Assembly (NCBI GenBank): GCA_963847705.1
Contig: CAWKBC010000010.1
Coordinates: forward strand, 133,890 to 197,889
Origin: an uncultured Pseudomonadota bacterium
Lineage (GTDB): Bacteria; Myxococcota_A; Polyangia; Fen-1088
Length of the DNA stretch: 64,000 nucleotides
Direction: 5' to 3'
Under the pieces are notes generated by a model, which was given only the letters and a program-made list of their open reading frames with translations, did not search any database and was not told where the DNA came from. Both the position numbers and the translations under genes were made by a program. How positions within the stretch are numbered: the stretch's first letter is position 1; each line of letters starts with the position of its first letter. This document shows positions 1 to 9,975 of the stretch, piece by piece.

Positions 1-1
1 T

Positions 2-481
2 CGATCCTACGTCCCGAGCCAGCTCGAGCATTTCGTCTCCCCCGACCTGGAGCTCTCGCTCTATCCAAGCGGGTTGCTCCTGCGCGGCGCGGCCCACAGC
101 GTGACCTGGGCCCACGGCCTCATCGCCGAATCCGTCGTCCACACCGAAGGGCTGCAGACGGTCGACCCGAAGGCCCAGGACCTGGAGAAACGGATCCGGC
201 GCGTCTGGAAGACATACGATACGGCGCCGGCCCAGATCCTGGGCTCGGAGAATCTGGTCCAGGCCCTGGAGCAGCTCAGCGGTGATCTCGCCCGGCTGCA
301 GGTCGACTTCGACGACTGGCAGGTCCTCTACCGCCAGATCCTCCAGGTCGGCCGGGCCATCCACGGCCAGCGGCAGCTGATGGACCTGGAAGCCACAAAG
401 GTTCAAATGAAGGCTCAAGGCGGAGCTGGCCTCTCGACAGCCAGGCCGAAGGCATCCCTCTCCATCAGAGCCACTGGCTAG
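2..481 (+). CDS. hypothetical protein, 5'-truncated by the window edge
   Basis: The frame of ORF 74..481 stays open back to base 2 (RSYVPSQLEHFVSPDLEL...), with GC3-biased codons; no family recognised. Confidence 0.6.
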   Translation, partial: RSYVPSQLEHFVSPDLELSLYPSGLLLRGAAHSVTWAHGLIAESVVHTEGLQTVDPKAQDLEKRIRRVWKTYDTAPAQILGSENLVQALEQLSGDLARLQVDFDDWQVLYRQILQVGRAIHGQRQLMDLEATKVQMKAQGGAGLSTARPKASLSIRATG

Positions 482-497
482 TTGCCCTCTTCATAAG

Positions 498-2051
498 ATG
501 ATCGACGTAGGGCAGACCGTAGGCAATTACAACATCACCGCCAAGCTCGGCGAGGGTGGAATGGGCACGGTGTTTCTGGCCGAGCATCCGGTGATCGGCA
601 GCAGGGTCGCGCTCAAGGCCATCCACCCGGAATATGCGCGCAGCCCCGAGGTGGTCTCGCGATTCGTGAACGAAGCCCGCGCGGTCAATCAGATCGGGCA
701 CGACCACATCATCGACATCCACGACTTCGGAACCACGCCCGCGGGGGACTTCTACTTCATCATGGAGTACCTGAGCGGCGAGATGCTCTCCGACCAGAGA
801 GGTCGCCAGGTCGCGTTCTCGCCGACCCGGGCGTTGCACATCGTCGCCCAGATCGCCGACGCCCTGGCTGCCTCGCACGAGCGGGGCGTCATCCATCGCG
901 ATCTCAAGCCCGACAACATCTTTCTCATCACCCGCGACGGCAAGCCGGACTTCGTGAAGGTGCTCGACTTCGGGCTGGCCAAGCTGACCACCGTGAACGG
1001 GGCCGCCCCGGCGTACACCACCGACGCCGGAGTCATCATGGGAACGCCCTATTACATGTCGCCCGAACAGTGCGAGGGGCGGATGGAGCTCGACCACAGA
1101 ACCGACGTCTATTCGCTGGGCGTCATCCTGTTCGAGATGCTGACCGGCCAGGTCCCCTTCGCGGGCGAGGGATATGGCGAGGTGATGACCAAGCACATCT
1201 CGCTGCCGCCGCCCGCCGCCCGGAGCTTCGTTCCGGGTCTTCCCATCGCTCTCGAGGCGATCCTCAGCCGGGCGCTGGCCAAGGCTCCCGACGCGCGCTT
1301 TCAAACGATGGCGGAGTTTCGCGAGGTGCTGCTCAGCACCGAGAGCGCGCTCTCTCCGCCCCCGGCTGTCATCGAGCGCGAGGGAGAGCGCGATCTCGAG
1401 CGAGCTCCCTCCGGGCTTGCCTCGCTCGGCGTCGCGACCTCCAGACCGGCGCCGTCCGCAGTCAGCTTTCAACAACACGTGGGAGAGGTGGGCGAGGCCC
1501 TCGATGTTCGGCCCAGACGGGGTCGTGGGGGATTGTTCGTCCTCGGCGCCGCCGCGGCGCTCGTGGTCGTCGCCCTGGCGAACGGCGGCGTTCGCGGGCA
1601 GGCGACCCAACTGCTCGCGCGCAGCGCGGCGGCCAAGAGACCCGCCACGGTGCGGGTGAACTTCAGCTCCGATCCGGCCGGCGCCTCCGTCTCGAGGAGC
1701 GACGGCGCCGTGTTGGGGGTGACGCCGCTGTCGGTCGAGATCCCCTACAGCGACAGGCCGGTCGACTATCGCCTGGACAAAGAAGGCTATCAATCGAAGG
1801 TCACGTCGCTGGTGCCCAACCTCCCGTCGCCCGTGTTCGTCCTCTTGGAACGGCTTCCAGCACCCCCTGCACCTGCGGCCCCGGGCGCCGAGCAGAGTGT
1901 CGCCTCGGCCGCCACCACGCCGCCCCTGCCGGCCATCTCCTCACCTGCCCGCGCCAAAGCCGCGCGCGAGAGCCGTCACCGTGTCTCGGCCGAGCGGCTC
2001 CGCGACCTGGTCGATGACGGCGACGACGTCATGCCGCCGTCAACCCAGTAG
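498..2051 (+). CDS. Hanks-type Ser/Thr protein kinase with TM helix and C-terminal PEGA-like domain
   Basis: GEGGMGTV, VALK, HRDLKPDN, DFG, GTPYYMSPE; TM LFVLGAAAALVVVALA; PEGA-like FSSDPAGASV...LGVTPL. Confidence 0.92.
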   Translation: MIDVGQTVGNYNITAKLGEGGMGTVFLAEHPVIGSRVALKAIHPEYARSPEVVSRFVNEARAVNQIGHDHIIDIHDFGTTPAGDFYFIMEYLSGEMLSDQRGRQVAFSPTRALHIVAQIADALAASHERGVIHRDLKPDNIFLITRDGKPDFVKVLDFGLAKLTTVNGAAPAYTTDAGVIMGTPYYMSPEQCEGRMELDHRTDVYSLGVILFEMLTGQVPFAGEGYGEVMTKHISLPPPAARSFVPGLPIALEAILSRALAKAPDARFQTMAEFREVLLSTESALSPPPAVIEREGERDLERAPSGLASLGVATSRPAPSAVSFQQHVGEVGEALDVRPRRGRGGLFVLGAAAALVVVALANGGVRGQATQLLARSAAAKRPATVRVNFSSDPAGASVSRSDGAVLGVTPLSVEIPYSDRPVDYRLDKEGYQSKVTSLVPNLPSPVFVLLERLPAPPAPAAPGAEQSVASAATTPPLPAISSPARAKAARESRHRVSAERLRDLVDDGDDVMPPSTQ

Positions 2052-3417
2052 GCTCGTCCCCCTGATCGATGCCGTGGGTCCGCAGCTTCTCCCAGAGGTT
2101 CTTGCGAGAGATCCCCAGCGACTCGGCCATCTGAATTCTCTTCCCGCCGAACTGCGACACCGCCCGCACCAGGTAGTCCCGTTCGAACTCCTTGAGCGCC
2201 ACCCCCAGGGGTGCCATCTGCGTCCCGTGGGTCTCCATCTCGGGAAGCCGGGCGCCCCGAATCGAGACCGGGAGGTGCTCCACCTCGATGGTCCCACCCC
2301 GCGAAAGCAGCACCGCGTGCTCCATCGCGTGCATCAGCTCCCGCACGTTCCCTGGGAACCCATACGATGACAGGACGTTCCAGGCTTGCCAGCTCATCTC
2401 CGGCACCGACGGTCGCCCCGCCGAGAAGCGCTGGATGAACAGGCGCGCCAGGACGGCCAGATCGCCCGAGCGGGCGCGCAGCGGCGGGATCGACAGATCG
2501 ATCGTGTTGATCCGGTAGTAGAGATCCTCGCGGAACTGTCCGGTGACGACGCGCGACTTCAGATTCTGATGGGTCGCCGAGATGATCCGCACGTCGACCT
2601 GGATCGAGACGTTGCTCCCCAGCGGCTCGACGGTCCCTTCCTGCAGCACGCGCAGCAGCTTGGCCTGCGCGGCGGTCGACAGCTCCGCGACCTCGTCCAG
2701 GAACAGCGTTCCGCCGTGCGCGGCCTTGAAGCGCCCCTCCCTCCGCTGGGTGGCGCCGGTGAAGGCCCCGCGTTCATGTCCGAACAGCTCCGCCTCGATG
2801 AGGGTGTCGGGAAAGGCGGCGCAGTTGACGGCCACGAACGGTTTGCCCCGGCGCTCGCTCCCTTCGTGGAGGGCATGCGCCACCAGCTCCTTCCCCGTCC
2901 CGCTCTCCCCCAGGATGAGGACCGCCGCATCGCAGTGGGCCACGGTTTCGGCCCGTTTCACGACCGCCAGCATCTCCGGCGAGTGGCCGATCAGCTGTTC
3001 CAGAGCAGGCGCACGCTTCAGCTCGGCCCGCGCCTCCACGATTTCGCGGCGCAGGGCCCGGAAGGAGGCGATCCGCTTCAGCTGGATCACCAGCTCCTCC
3101 AGGTGGATCGGCTTGGTCAGATAGTCGAAGGCCCCTTCCTTCAGCACGGCCACCGCGTCCGCGACGGCGGCGTTCCCGGTGATGAGAATCATGTCGGTGG
3201 TCGGCGACTCTTCCCGCAGCCGTCGAAACAGCGCCAACCCGTCGAGCCCAGGGAGCCGCATGTCGGCCACCACCACGTCGAAGGTGCTGGCGCAGGCCAG
3301 CGACAGCGCCTGGGTGCCGTCGGCGGCGCAGGTGACCTCGTGCCCCTCATCGACGAGGGCGTCAGAGATCAGCGCGCAAATGTCCGGCTCGTCATCGACC
3401 ACCAGGATCTTCAGCAT
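2029..3417 (-). CDS. sigma-54-dependent response regulator (NtrC family: REC-AAA+-Fis HTH)
   Basis: MLKILVVDDE receiver; GESGTGKE Walker A; GAFTGA loop; FLDEV; FPGNVREL; C-terminal AESLGISRKNLWEKL HTH. Start placed at ATG 3417. Confidence 0.93.
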   Translation of the reverse strand: MLKILVVDDEPDICALISDALVDEGHEVTCAADGTQALSLACASTFDVVVADMRLPGLDGLALFRRLREESPTTDMILITGNAAVADAVAVLKEGAFDYLTKPIHLEELVIQLKRIASFRALRREIVEARAELKRAPALEQLIGHSPEMLAVVKRAETVAHCDAAVLILGESGTGKELVAHALHEGSERRGKPFVAVNCAAFPDTLIEAELFGHERGAFTGATQRREGRFKAAHGGTLFLDEVAELSTAAQAKLLRVLQEGTVEPLGSNVSIQVDVRIISATHQNLKSRVVTGQFREDLYYRINTIDLSIPPLRARSGDLAVLARLFIQRFSAGRPSVPEMSWQAWNVLSSYGFPGNVRELMHAMEHAVLLSRGGTIEVEHLPVSIRGARLPEMETHGTQMAPLGVALKEFERDYLVRAVSQFGGKRIQMAESLGISRKNLWEKLRTHGIDQGDEPTGLTAA

Positions 3418-3606
3418 TCGGCTAGCGCCGAAGGTAGGGTACGCATCGAGGATGTCTAGGCCCATCCTGAGGATTAGCCTGATTATTTTCGTCGTTGGCC
3501 GGACCTGCCGCCTGTTTCCGGCACGTCACGCCAGAGCCAAAAAGAACGGGCCCGGGCGATTTTTAAGACTTTTGTGTAGGTAGTTCTTAGTTTCTGCCGT
3601 CGTCTC

Positions 3607-6600
3607 ATGCCCCCCGCTCCAGGACCACCCAAGCCCCCTGACGCCCACACCCCGCGGGACGCCCTTCGCAGCGGCTTTCTGCGCTCCTCCTTGCCGCCGC
3701 GGACGCAGGCCGGATTCGTGGCGGCCACGCTCGCGGTTTTCTTGATCGCCTTTCTCTCGTATCGGTCCTTCACCCAGCGGGCGGAGGGGGCGCGGCTGGT
3801 CGCCCACACCCTGGAGGTCACCGCGCACCTGGAGGTGATCCTCTCGACCTTCCAGGACGCCGAGACGGGGCAGCGGGGCTTTCTGCTCACCGGGGACGGG
3901 CATTACCTCGAGCCGTACGACCAGGCGGTGGCGACGTTCGATGGGGAGCTGCTGCGGCTGCGCGCCGCCATCGCGGACAACCCTCAGCAGCTGGAGCGCT
4001 TCGACGCGCTCGACCGAAATGGCCGGAGCAAGATGGCCGAGCTGAAGCAGACCATCGATCTGCGCCGCGCCGGCCGCGCGGAGGCGGCGCTGGAGTTGGT
4101 CAAGACCGATCGCGGAAAACGTTACATGGACGAGATCCGCGCCGAGGTGGCGGCGATGAAGGAGGCCGAACGAAGGCTCCTCGATGCGCGCACGCAGGAT
4201 CTGGCCGCCGCCTCCTCGTTCGTCATCGAGGTCGTCTGGGGCGGCTCGGCGCTGCTGCTCTTTCTCATCGCCGCCGCGGCCGCGCTCTCCTCCAAGGATT
4301 TCTTCGAACAGCGCGTGCAGGGGTGGCTTCGCACGGGGCAGAGCGAGATGGCGGTCGCCATGCAGGGCGTCGAGCTGACCGCGGGCCTCGGCGAGCGGGT
4401 GGCGGCCTTCCTGGGCCGCTATCTCGACGCCCAGATCGGGGCGGTCTACTTCGCTCCCTCGGCAGGAGCGCTCGAACGGGTGGGGGCCTATGCCCTGCCG
4501 GAGGGGGCCGAGACCGGCGGGCCCGCGGGGCTCACCAAACAGGCCTACGCGGAGAACAGGACCATCAAGACCGAGGAGGTCCCCTCTGACTTCTTTCCCG
4601 TCAATTCGGGGCTGGGGAAGAGTCGCGCCCGTCACCTGGTCGTCACGCCGACCACCGCGGACGGCTTCCCGAACGGAGCGCTCGAGCTGGGCTTCTTTGG
4701 CTCCGTCCGCCCCCACGATCTCGAGCTGCTCGCGCGGCTGAGCGAGCCGATCGGCCTCGCCCTGCGTGCCACCAAGGATCGCAGCGAGCTCAAGAATCTG
4801 CTGGAAGAGACCCAACGCCAGGCCGAGGAGCTGCAAACACAACAGGAAGAGCTTCGGGTCCAGAACGAGGAGCTGGAGCAGCAGAGCAACACCCTGCAGT
4901 CGTCGCAGGCGCGGCTGGAGAACCAGCAGGTCGAGCTCGAGCAGATCAACTTCAACCTCGAAGAGCAGACGCAGGCGCTGGAGAGACAGCGCGACCATCT
5001 GGCGCGGGCCCAGGCCGACCTGCAGCGCGCCAGCGCCTACAAATCGGAGTTCCTGGCCAACATGTCGCACGAGCTGCGAACGCCGCTCAACAGCACGCTC
5101 ATCCTGGCCAAGCTGCTGGGGGAGAACCGCGACGGCAACCTGAACCCGGAGCAGATCAAGTTCGCCGACACGATCTATTCGGCGGGCAACGATCTGCTGA
5201 CGCTCATCAACGACATCCTCGACCTCTCCAAGATCGAGGCCGGCAAGCTGGATGTGCGGCCGGAGGAGATCGCCCTGCCCCGGCTCCGCGACGAGCTGGC
5301 CGACATCTTTCGCCCGGTGGCGCGCGACAAGGGGATCGAGCTGACCGCCACCATCGAGACCGACGTTCCGGCCACGATGGTGACCGACTCGACGCGCCTG
5401 CAGCAGGTGCTGAAGAACCTGCTGTCGAACGCCTTGAAGTTCACCGACCGGGGAGGTGTGGAGCTGCGGGTGCGGCGGGTGGCCGGCGCCCGGATCGCGT
5501 TCGACGTCAAGGACACCGGGATCGGCATTCCGCGGGAGCAGCACGAGGTCATCTTCGAGGCCTTCCGGCAGGCCGACGGCACGACCAACCGAAAGTACGG
5601 CGGCACCGGGCTCGGGCTCTCGATCTCGCGCGATCTGGCCCGCCTGCTGGGGGGCGAGCTGACGCTCGACAGCGCCCCCGGCCGCGGGAGCACCTTCACG
5701 CTGGTCCTGCCGGAGCGGCTCGCCTCCTCGGAGGTTCCGAACGCCACGCCCCCCGTTTCGCGTCCATCCCCGGGAGCGCTGCCGAACGACCGGGCCACCG
5801 CGAGCGCTCGACCGTCCGCTGCGCCGACGCAGGGGGAGGCGGACCCGATGTCCGGAGGCCGCATCATTCTCATTGTCGAGGACGACCCGAAGTTCGCCGG
5901 CGTGCTGCAGGCGCTGGCCCGCGAGCTGGACTTTCAGACCGTGGTGGCGACGACGGGCGAGCAAGGGCTGGCGATGGCCGAGCGCTACCGGCCGAGCGCG
6001 ATCGTCCTCGACGTCGGGCTGCCCGATCGCTCGGGTCTCTCCGTGCTCGATACGCTGAAGCATCGCTCGACCACCCGTCACATCCCGGTCCACGTCGTCT
6101 CCGCCACCGACCACACCCAGACGGCGCTGGAGATGGGCGCCCTCGGCTATGCGATCAAGCCGGTCGAACGCGAAGAGCTGGTCGGGGCGCTCAAGCGGCT
6201 GGAGACCAAGTTCACCCAGCGGTTGCGCCGGATCCTGATCGTCGAGGACGACGACGTGGCGCGCGAGAGCACCTGCCATCTGCTGGCCGGACCCGACGTG
6301 GAGACGGTGGCGGTCGGAGATGCGGCCGCGGCGCTGGCGGCGCTGGAGACCGCCACCTTCGACTGCATGGTGCTCGATCTTTCGCTGCCCGATCGCAGCG
6401 GCCTCGAGCTCCTGGACGAGATGTCGAAGACGGAGCGCTACGCGTTCCCGCCGGTGATCGTCTACACCGGCCGCTCGCTGTCACGCCCCGAGGAGCAGGA
6501 GCTTCGCAAGCTGTCGAACTCGATCATCATCAAGGGGGCGCGCTCTCCGGAGCGCCTCTTGGACGAGGTGACGCTCTTCCTGCACCAGGTGGAATCGGAG

Positions 6601-7029
6601 CTCCCTCCCGATCGACAGCGGATGCTCAAGGATGCTCGACATCGCGAGGCGGTCTTCGAGGGGAAGCGGGTGCTCGTCGTGGAGGACGACGTTCGCAACA
6701 TCTTCGCGCTGTCGAGCGTGCTCGAACCGCGTGGCGCCAAGGTCGAGATCGCGCGCAACGGCAAGGAGGCGGTCGCGCATCTCGAGAAGAGCCCGGGCGT
6801 CGATCTGATCTTGATGGACGTGATGATGCCCGAGATGGACGGATTGGAGGCCACCCGCCTCATCCGCCAGCGGCCGGACAGCGCCACGGTTCCCATCATC
6901 GCGCTGACGGCCAAGGCCATGCTCGACGACCGCGACCAGTGTCTGGCCGCCGGGGCCAACGACTACATCGCCAAGCCGCTCGACGTCGACAAGCTGCTCT
7001 CGCTGGCGCGGGTCTGGATGCCCAAGTGA
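3607..7029 (+). CDS. hybrid sensor histidine kinase (CHASE3-GAF-coiled coil-HisKA-HATPase-3xREC)
   Basis: CHASE3 DAETGQRGFLLTG; FLANMSHELRTPLN; NLLSNALKFT, DTGIGI, GGTGLGL; three receiver domains (IVEDD, IVEDD, VVEDD). Confidence 0.93.
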   Translation: MPPAPGPPKPPDAHTPRDALRSGFLRSSLPPRTQAGFVAATLAVFLIAFLSYRSFTQRAEGARLVAHTLEVTAHLEVILSTFQDAETGQRGFLLTGDGHYLEPYDQAVATFDGELLRLRAAIADNPQQLERFDALDRNGRSKMAELKQTIDLRRAGRAEAALELVKTDRGKRYMDEIRAEVAAMKEAERRLLDARTQDLAAASSFVIEVVWGGSALLLFLIAAAAALSSKDFFEQRVQGWLRTGQSEMAVAMQGVELTAGLGERVAAFLGRYLDAQIGAVYFAPSAGALERVGAYALPEGAETGGPAGLTKQAYAENRTIKTEEVPSDFFPVNSGLGKSRARHLVVTPTTADGFPNGALELGFFGSVRPHDLELLARLSEPIGLALRATKDRSELKNLLEETQRQAEELQTQQEELRVQNEELEQQSNTLQSSQARLENQQVELEQINFNLEEQTQALERQRDHLARAQADLQRASAYKSEFLANMSHELRTPLNSTLILAKLLGENRDGNLNPEQIKFADTIYSAGNDLLTLINDILDLSKIEAGKLDVRPEEIALPRLRDELADIFRPVARDKGIELTATIETDVPATMVTDSTRLQQVLKNLLSNALKFTDRGGVELRVRRVAGARIAFDVKDTGIGIPREQHEVIFEAFRQADGTTNRKYGGTGLGLSISRDLARLLGGELTLDSAPGRGSTFTLVLPERLASSEVPNATPPVSRPSPGALPNDRATASARPSAAPTQGEADPMSGGRIILIVEDDPKFAGVLQALARELDFQTVVATTGEQGLAMAERYRPSAIVLDVGLPDRSGLSVLDTLKHRSTTRHIPVHVVSATDHTQTALEMGALGYAIKPVEREELVGALKRLETKFTQRLRRILIVEDDDVARESTCHLLAGPDVETVAVGDAAAALAALETATFDCMVLDLSLPDRSGLELLDEMSKTERYAFPPVIVYTGRSLSRPEEQELRKLSNSIIIKGARSPERLLDEVTLFLHQVESELPPDRQRMLKDARHREAVFEGKRVLVVEDDVRNIFALSSVLEPRGAKVEIARNGKEAVAHLEKSPGVDLILMDVMMPEMDGLEATRLIRQRPDSATVPIIALTAKAMLDDRDQCLAAGANDYIAKPLDVDKLLSLARVWMPK

Positions 7030-7874
7030 TCGACAAGATCGCCACCGATTCCAGCGGCGACGACGGGCAGGAGGATCGTGAGCTGGTCCATCTGCTCGAC
7101 GCCGTGTTCCACAAGTACCACTACGACTTCCGCAGGTACGCGGCCGCCTCTTTGAAGCGCCGGGTGCGCGCCGCCCTGATCCAGTTTCGCTGCGAGAGCG
7201 TGACCGCCCTGGAAGAACGTATGCTGCAGGATCCCAAGACCTTCACCGGGCTCCTCCGCTACCTGACCGTACAGGTGAGCGATCTCTTCCGCGATCCCCA
7301 GTATTTCCGGGCCATCCGGGAGAGGATCGTCCCCTACCTCGAGACCTATCCTTCGCTGAAGGTCTGGGTGGCCGGGTGCGCGACCGGAGAGGAGGCCTAT
7401 TCGCTGGCCATTCTGTTGGCCGAGGAGGGGCTGCTCGAAAGGACGCTGATCTATGCCACCGACATCAACTCGGAATCGCTGCGGACCGCGGAGGCCGGAA
7501 TCTTCGATGTCGAGCGGTTCTCGCGCTTCAGCGAGAACTATCTGGCGGCCGGTGGGAAGGGCTCGCTCTCCGACTACTACACCGCGCGGTACTCCTCGGC
7601 GGTGCTCGACCGCCGACTCAAGAAGTCGATCCTCTTCTCCGACCACAGCCTGGCGACCGACAGCGCGTTCGCCGAGGTCCAGCTGGTCTCCTGCCGCAAC
7701 GTGCTGATTTACTTCAATCGCGAGCTGCAAGAGCGCGCGGTCGGGGTTCTTCGTGAATCGCTCTGCCGCCGTGGTTTCCTGGGGCTCGGCAGCAGGGAGT
7801 CCTTGAGATTTTCCCACCACGGGCCAGCCTTCCGTGAGCTGGTGGCGGAAGAGCGCCTCTACCAGCTGTTGTAA
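7026..7874 (+). CDS. cheR: CheR-type protein-glutamate O-methyltransferase
   Basis: YDFRRYAAASLKRR, LFRDP, VWVAGCATGEEAYSLA, IYATDIN, CRNVLIYF; GTG start overlaps the kinase stop (GTGA). Confidence 0.92.
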   Translation: MIDKIATDSSGDDGQEDRELVHLLDAVFHKYHYDFRRYAAASLKRRVRAALIQFRCESVTALEERMLQDPKTFTGLLRYLTVQVSDLFRDPQYFRAIRERIVPYLETYPSLKVWVAGCATGEEAYSLAILLAEEGLLERTLIYATDINSESLRTAEAGIFDVERFSRFSENYLAAGGKGSLSDYYTARYSSAVLDRRLKKSILFSDHSLATDSAFAEVQLVSCRNVLIYFNRELQERAVGVLRESLCRRGFLGLGSRESLRFSHHGPAFRELVAEERLYQLL

Positions 7875-7879
7875 AACCG

Positions 7880-8470
7880 ATGGGAGCGAACGAAATCGAA
7901 GCGATCGTGATGGGGGGTTCGAGCGGAGCGCTGGAGGCGCTGTCGACCCTTCTCCCGGCGTTGCCGGCTCACTGCCCGCTGCCGGTGGCGATCGTCGTTC
8001 ACCTGCCGCCGTCCCGGCCGAGTCACCTGGCCCAGGTCCTGGGCGCCCGGACGGTTCTCCCGGTGCGCGAGGTGGAGGACAAGGAGCCGATCGCCGCCGG
8101 CACCGTCTACGTGGCCCCTCCCAATTATCATCTGCTCATCGAACGAACCAGGACGTTTTCCCTCTCGGCGGACGAGCCGGTCCTTTTCTCGCGTCCGGCC
8201 ATCGACGTCCTGTTCGAGTCGGCGGCCGACGCCTACGGCAACCACCTGGCCGGGATCCTCCTCACCGGCGCCAGCGCAGACGGCGCGCGGGGGCTCTCGG
8301 CCGTCAAGCGGCGGGGCGGCATCGCCATCGTTCAATCACCGGACGGCGCGGTCGCCCCGGAGATGCCGCGGGCTGCGCTCGCGATGGTGGAGGCGGACCA
8401 CGTCCTGTCGGTCAAAGATCTCGCTTCGCTGCTGGGACGACTCGCCCGAGGAGAGAAGGAATCCAGATGA
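7880..8470 (+). CDS. cheB: stand-alone CheB methylesterase domain protein
   Basis: GGSSGA (catalytic Ser), IVVHL (His), RPAIDVLFESAA, LTGASADGA (Asp), PEMP; no receiver domain. Confidence 0.9.
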   Translation: MGANEIEAIVMGGSSGALEALSTLLPALPAHCPLPVAIVVHLPPSRPSHLAQVLGARTVLPVREVEDKEPIAAGTVYVAPPNYHLLIERTRTFSLSADEPVLFSRPAIDVLFESAADAYGNHLAGILLTGASADGARGLSAVKRRGGIAIVQSPDGAVAPEMPRAALAMVEADHVLSVKDLASLLGRLARGEKESR

Positions 8471-9924
8471 CTCGAGAGACGGTCAAATTTCTGCTGGTCG
8501 ACGACACCGAGGAGAACTTGGTGGCGCTGGAGGCGCTCTTGCGGCGCGAGGGGCTGGAGGTCCTCAAGGCGCGCTCGGGCGCCCAGGCCCTGGAGATGTT
8601 GCTGGTTCACGAGGTGGCGCTGGCCATCCTCGACGTCCAGATGCCCGACATGGATGGCTTCGAGCTGGCCGAGCTGATGCGGGGGATGGAACGCACCAAG
8701 CATGTGCCGATCATCTTCCTCACGGCCGGCACGCAGGATCCCCAGCGCGTCTTCAAAGGCTACGAGGCGGGGGCCGTCGACTTCCTCTTCAAGCCGGTCG
8801 ATCCGCGCGTGCTGAAGAGCAAGGCCGACGTCTTCTTTCAGCTCCACCAGCAGAAGATCGAGCTGGCCAGCAACCTGCGGATGAACGAGATGTTCGTGGG
8901 GATCCTGGGGCACGACCTGCGCAACCCGCTGAACGCCATCATGACCAGCGCCCAGCTGCTGGAGCGACGTCTGGCCGACGATGGTCAGCTGCGCCCGCTG
9001 CGGAGGATGGTCTCCTCGGCCGGGCGGATGAAGGACATGATCGAGCAGCTCCTCGATCTCACCCGCGCCCGCCTGGGGGGCGGTCTGGGATTCGTCCGCA
9101 GCCGCCGCCGCCTCGACGTCGCCGAGCTGGTCAACCGGGCCGCCGACGAGCTGCGCGCGACGGCGCCCGAGCGGCAGGTCTCCGTCTCGGGCGCGGGGGA
9201 CTGCCACACCGCCGGCGACTCCACCCGCCTCTTGCAACTGTTCTCCAACCTTCTCTCCAACGCGCTTCATCACGGGACGGCGGGTACGCCGGTCTCCGTG
9301 ACGATCGATGGCTCGGGCGAGGAGATCGTGGTCGTCGTCCAGAACGAAGGCGCCATTCCGCCCGACCTGCTGCCACAGATCTTCGATCCCTTCCGGGGCG
9401 CCCGGACGCTGTCCGGCTCGCAGGGCCTTGGCCTGGGACTCTTCATCTCGCAGCAGATCGTCGCGGCGCACGGGGGGACGATCAGCGTGGCGTCGACCGC
9501 GGAGGCCGGCACCGCGTTCCGGGTGCAGCTTCCCAAGCTGGCCGCCGTCACCCGGGCGCAGGGCGAAGTGGCCAGGCGGGTCCTGGTGGTCGAGGACGAC
9601 GACAACATTCGGGACTCGTTGCGAGAGGCGCTGGAGGACGCCGGCTACGAGGCCGAGACCGCGGCCGACGGCCAGCGGGCGCTCGACCGCCTGACCGACG
9701 GGTCTCCGCACCCGCATGTGGTGATCCTCGACCTGGTGATGCCGGTCCTGGACGGCCACCGCGTCTACCAGGCGATGCAATCGGACGAGGCGCTGGCGCG
9801 GATCCCCGTCATCGTTTCCACCTCCAACCCCTCCCGCGCCCCGCGAGGTGCCCTGATGGTGTCGAAGCCGATCCGGTTGGAGCGGCTGCTCGAAACCGTG
9901 GCCAGCTTGTCGAAGCCGCTCTGA
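8467..9924 (+). CDS. hybrid kinase REC-HisKA-HATPase-REC
   Basis: LLVDDTEEN, DVQMPDMDG; ILGHDLRNPLN; NLLSNALHHG; GLGLGL; C-terminal VVEDDD receiver; ATG overlaps the cheB stop. Confidence 0.9.
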   Translation: MTRETVKFLLVDDTEENLVALEALLRREGLEVLKARSGAQALEMLLVHEVALAILDVQMPDMDGFELAELMRGMERTKHVPIIFLTAGTQDPQRVFKGYEAGAVDFLFKPVDPRVLKSKADVFFQLHQQKIELASNLRMNEMFVGILGHDLRNPLNAIMTSAQLLERRLADDGQLRPLRRMVSSAGRMKDMIEQLLDLTRARLGGGLGFVRSRRRLDVAELVNRAADELRATAPERQVSVSGAGDCHTAGDSTRLLQLFSNLLSNALHHGTAGTPVSVTIDGSGEEIVVVVQNEGAIPPDLLPQIFDPFRGARTLSGSQGLGLGLFISQQIVAAHGGTISVASTAEAGTAFRVQLPKLAAVTRAQGEVARRVLVVEDDDNIRDSLREALEDAGYEAETAADGQRALDRLTDGSPHPHVVILDLVMPVLDGHRVYQAMQSDEALARIPVIVSTSNPSRAPRGALMVSKPIRLERLLETVASLSKPL

Positions 9925-9975
9925 GATCACGTCGATTGCCCGCCGCGCCCGCACCGGCGTGGCTAGTTTGAGACC

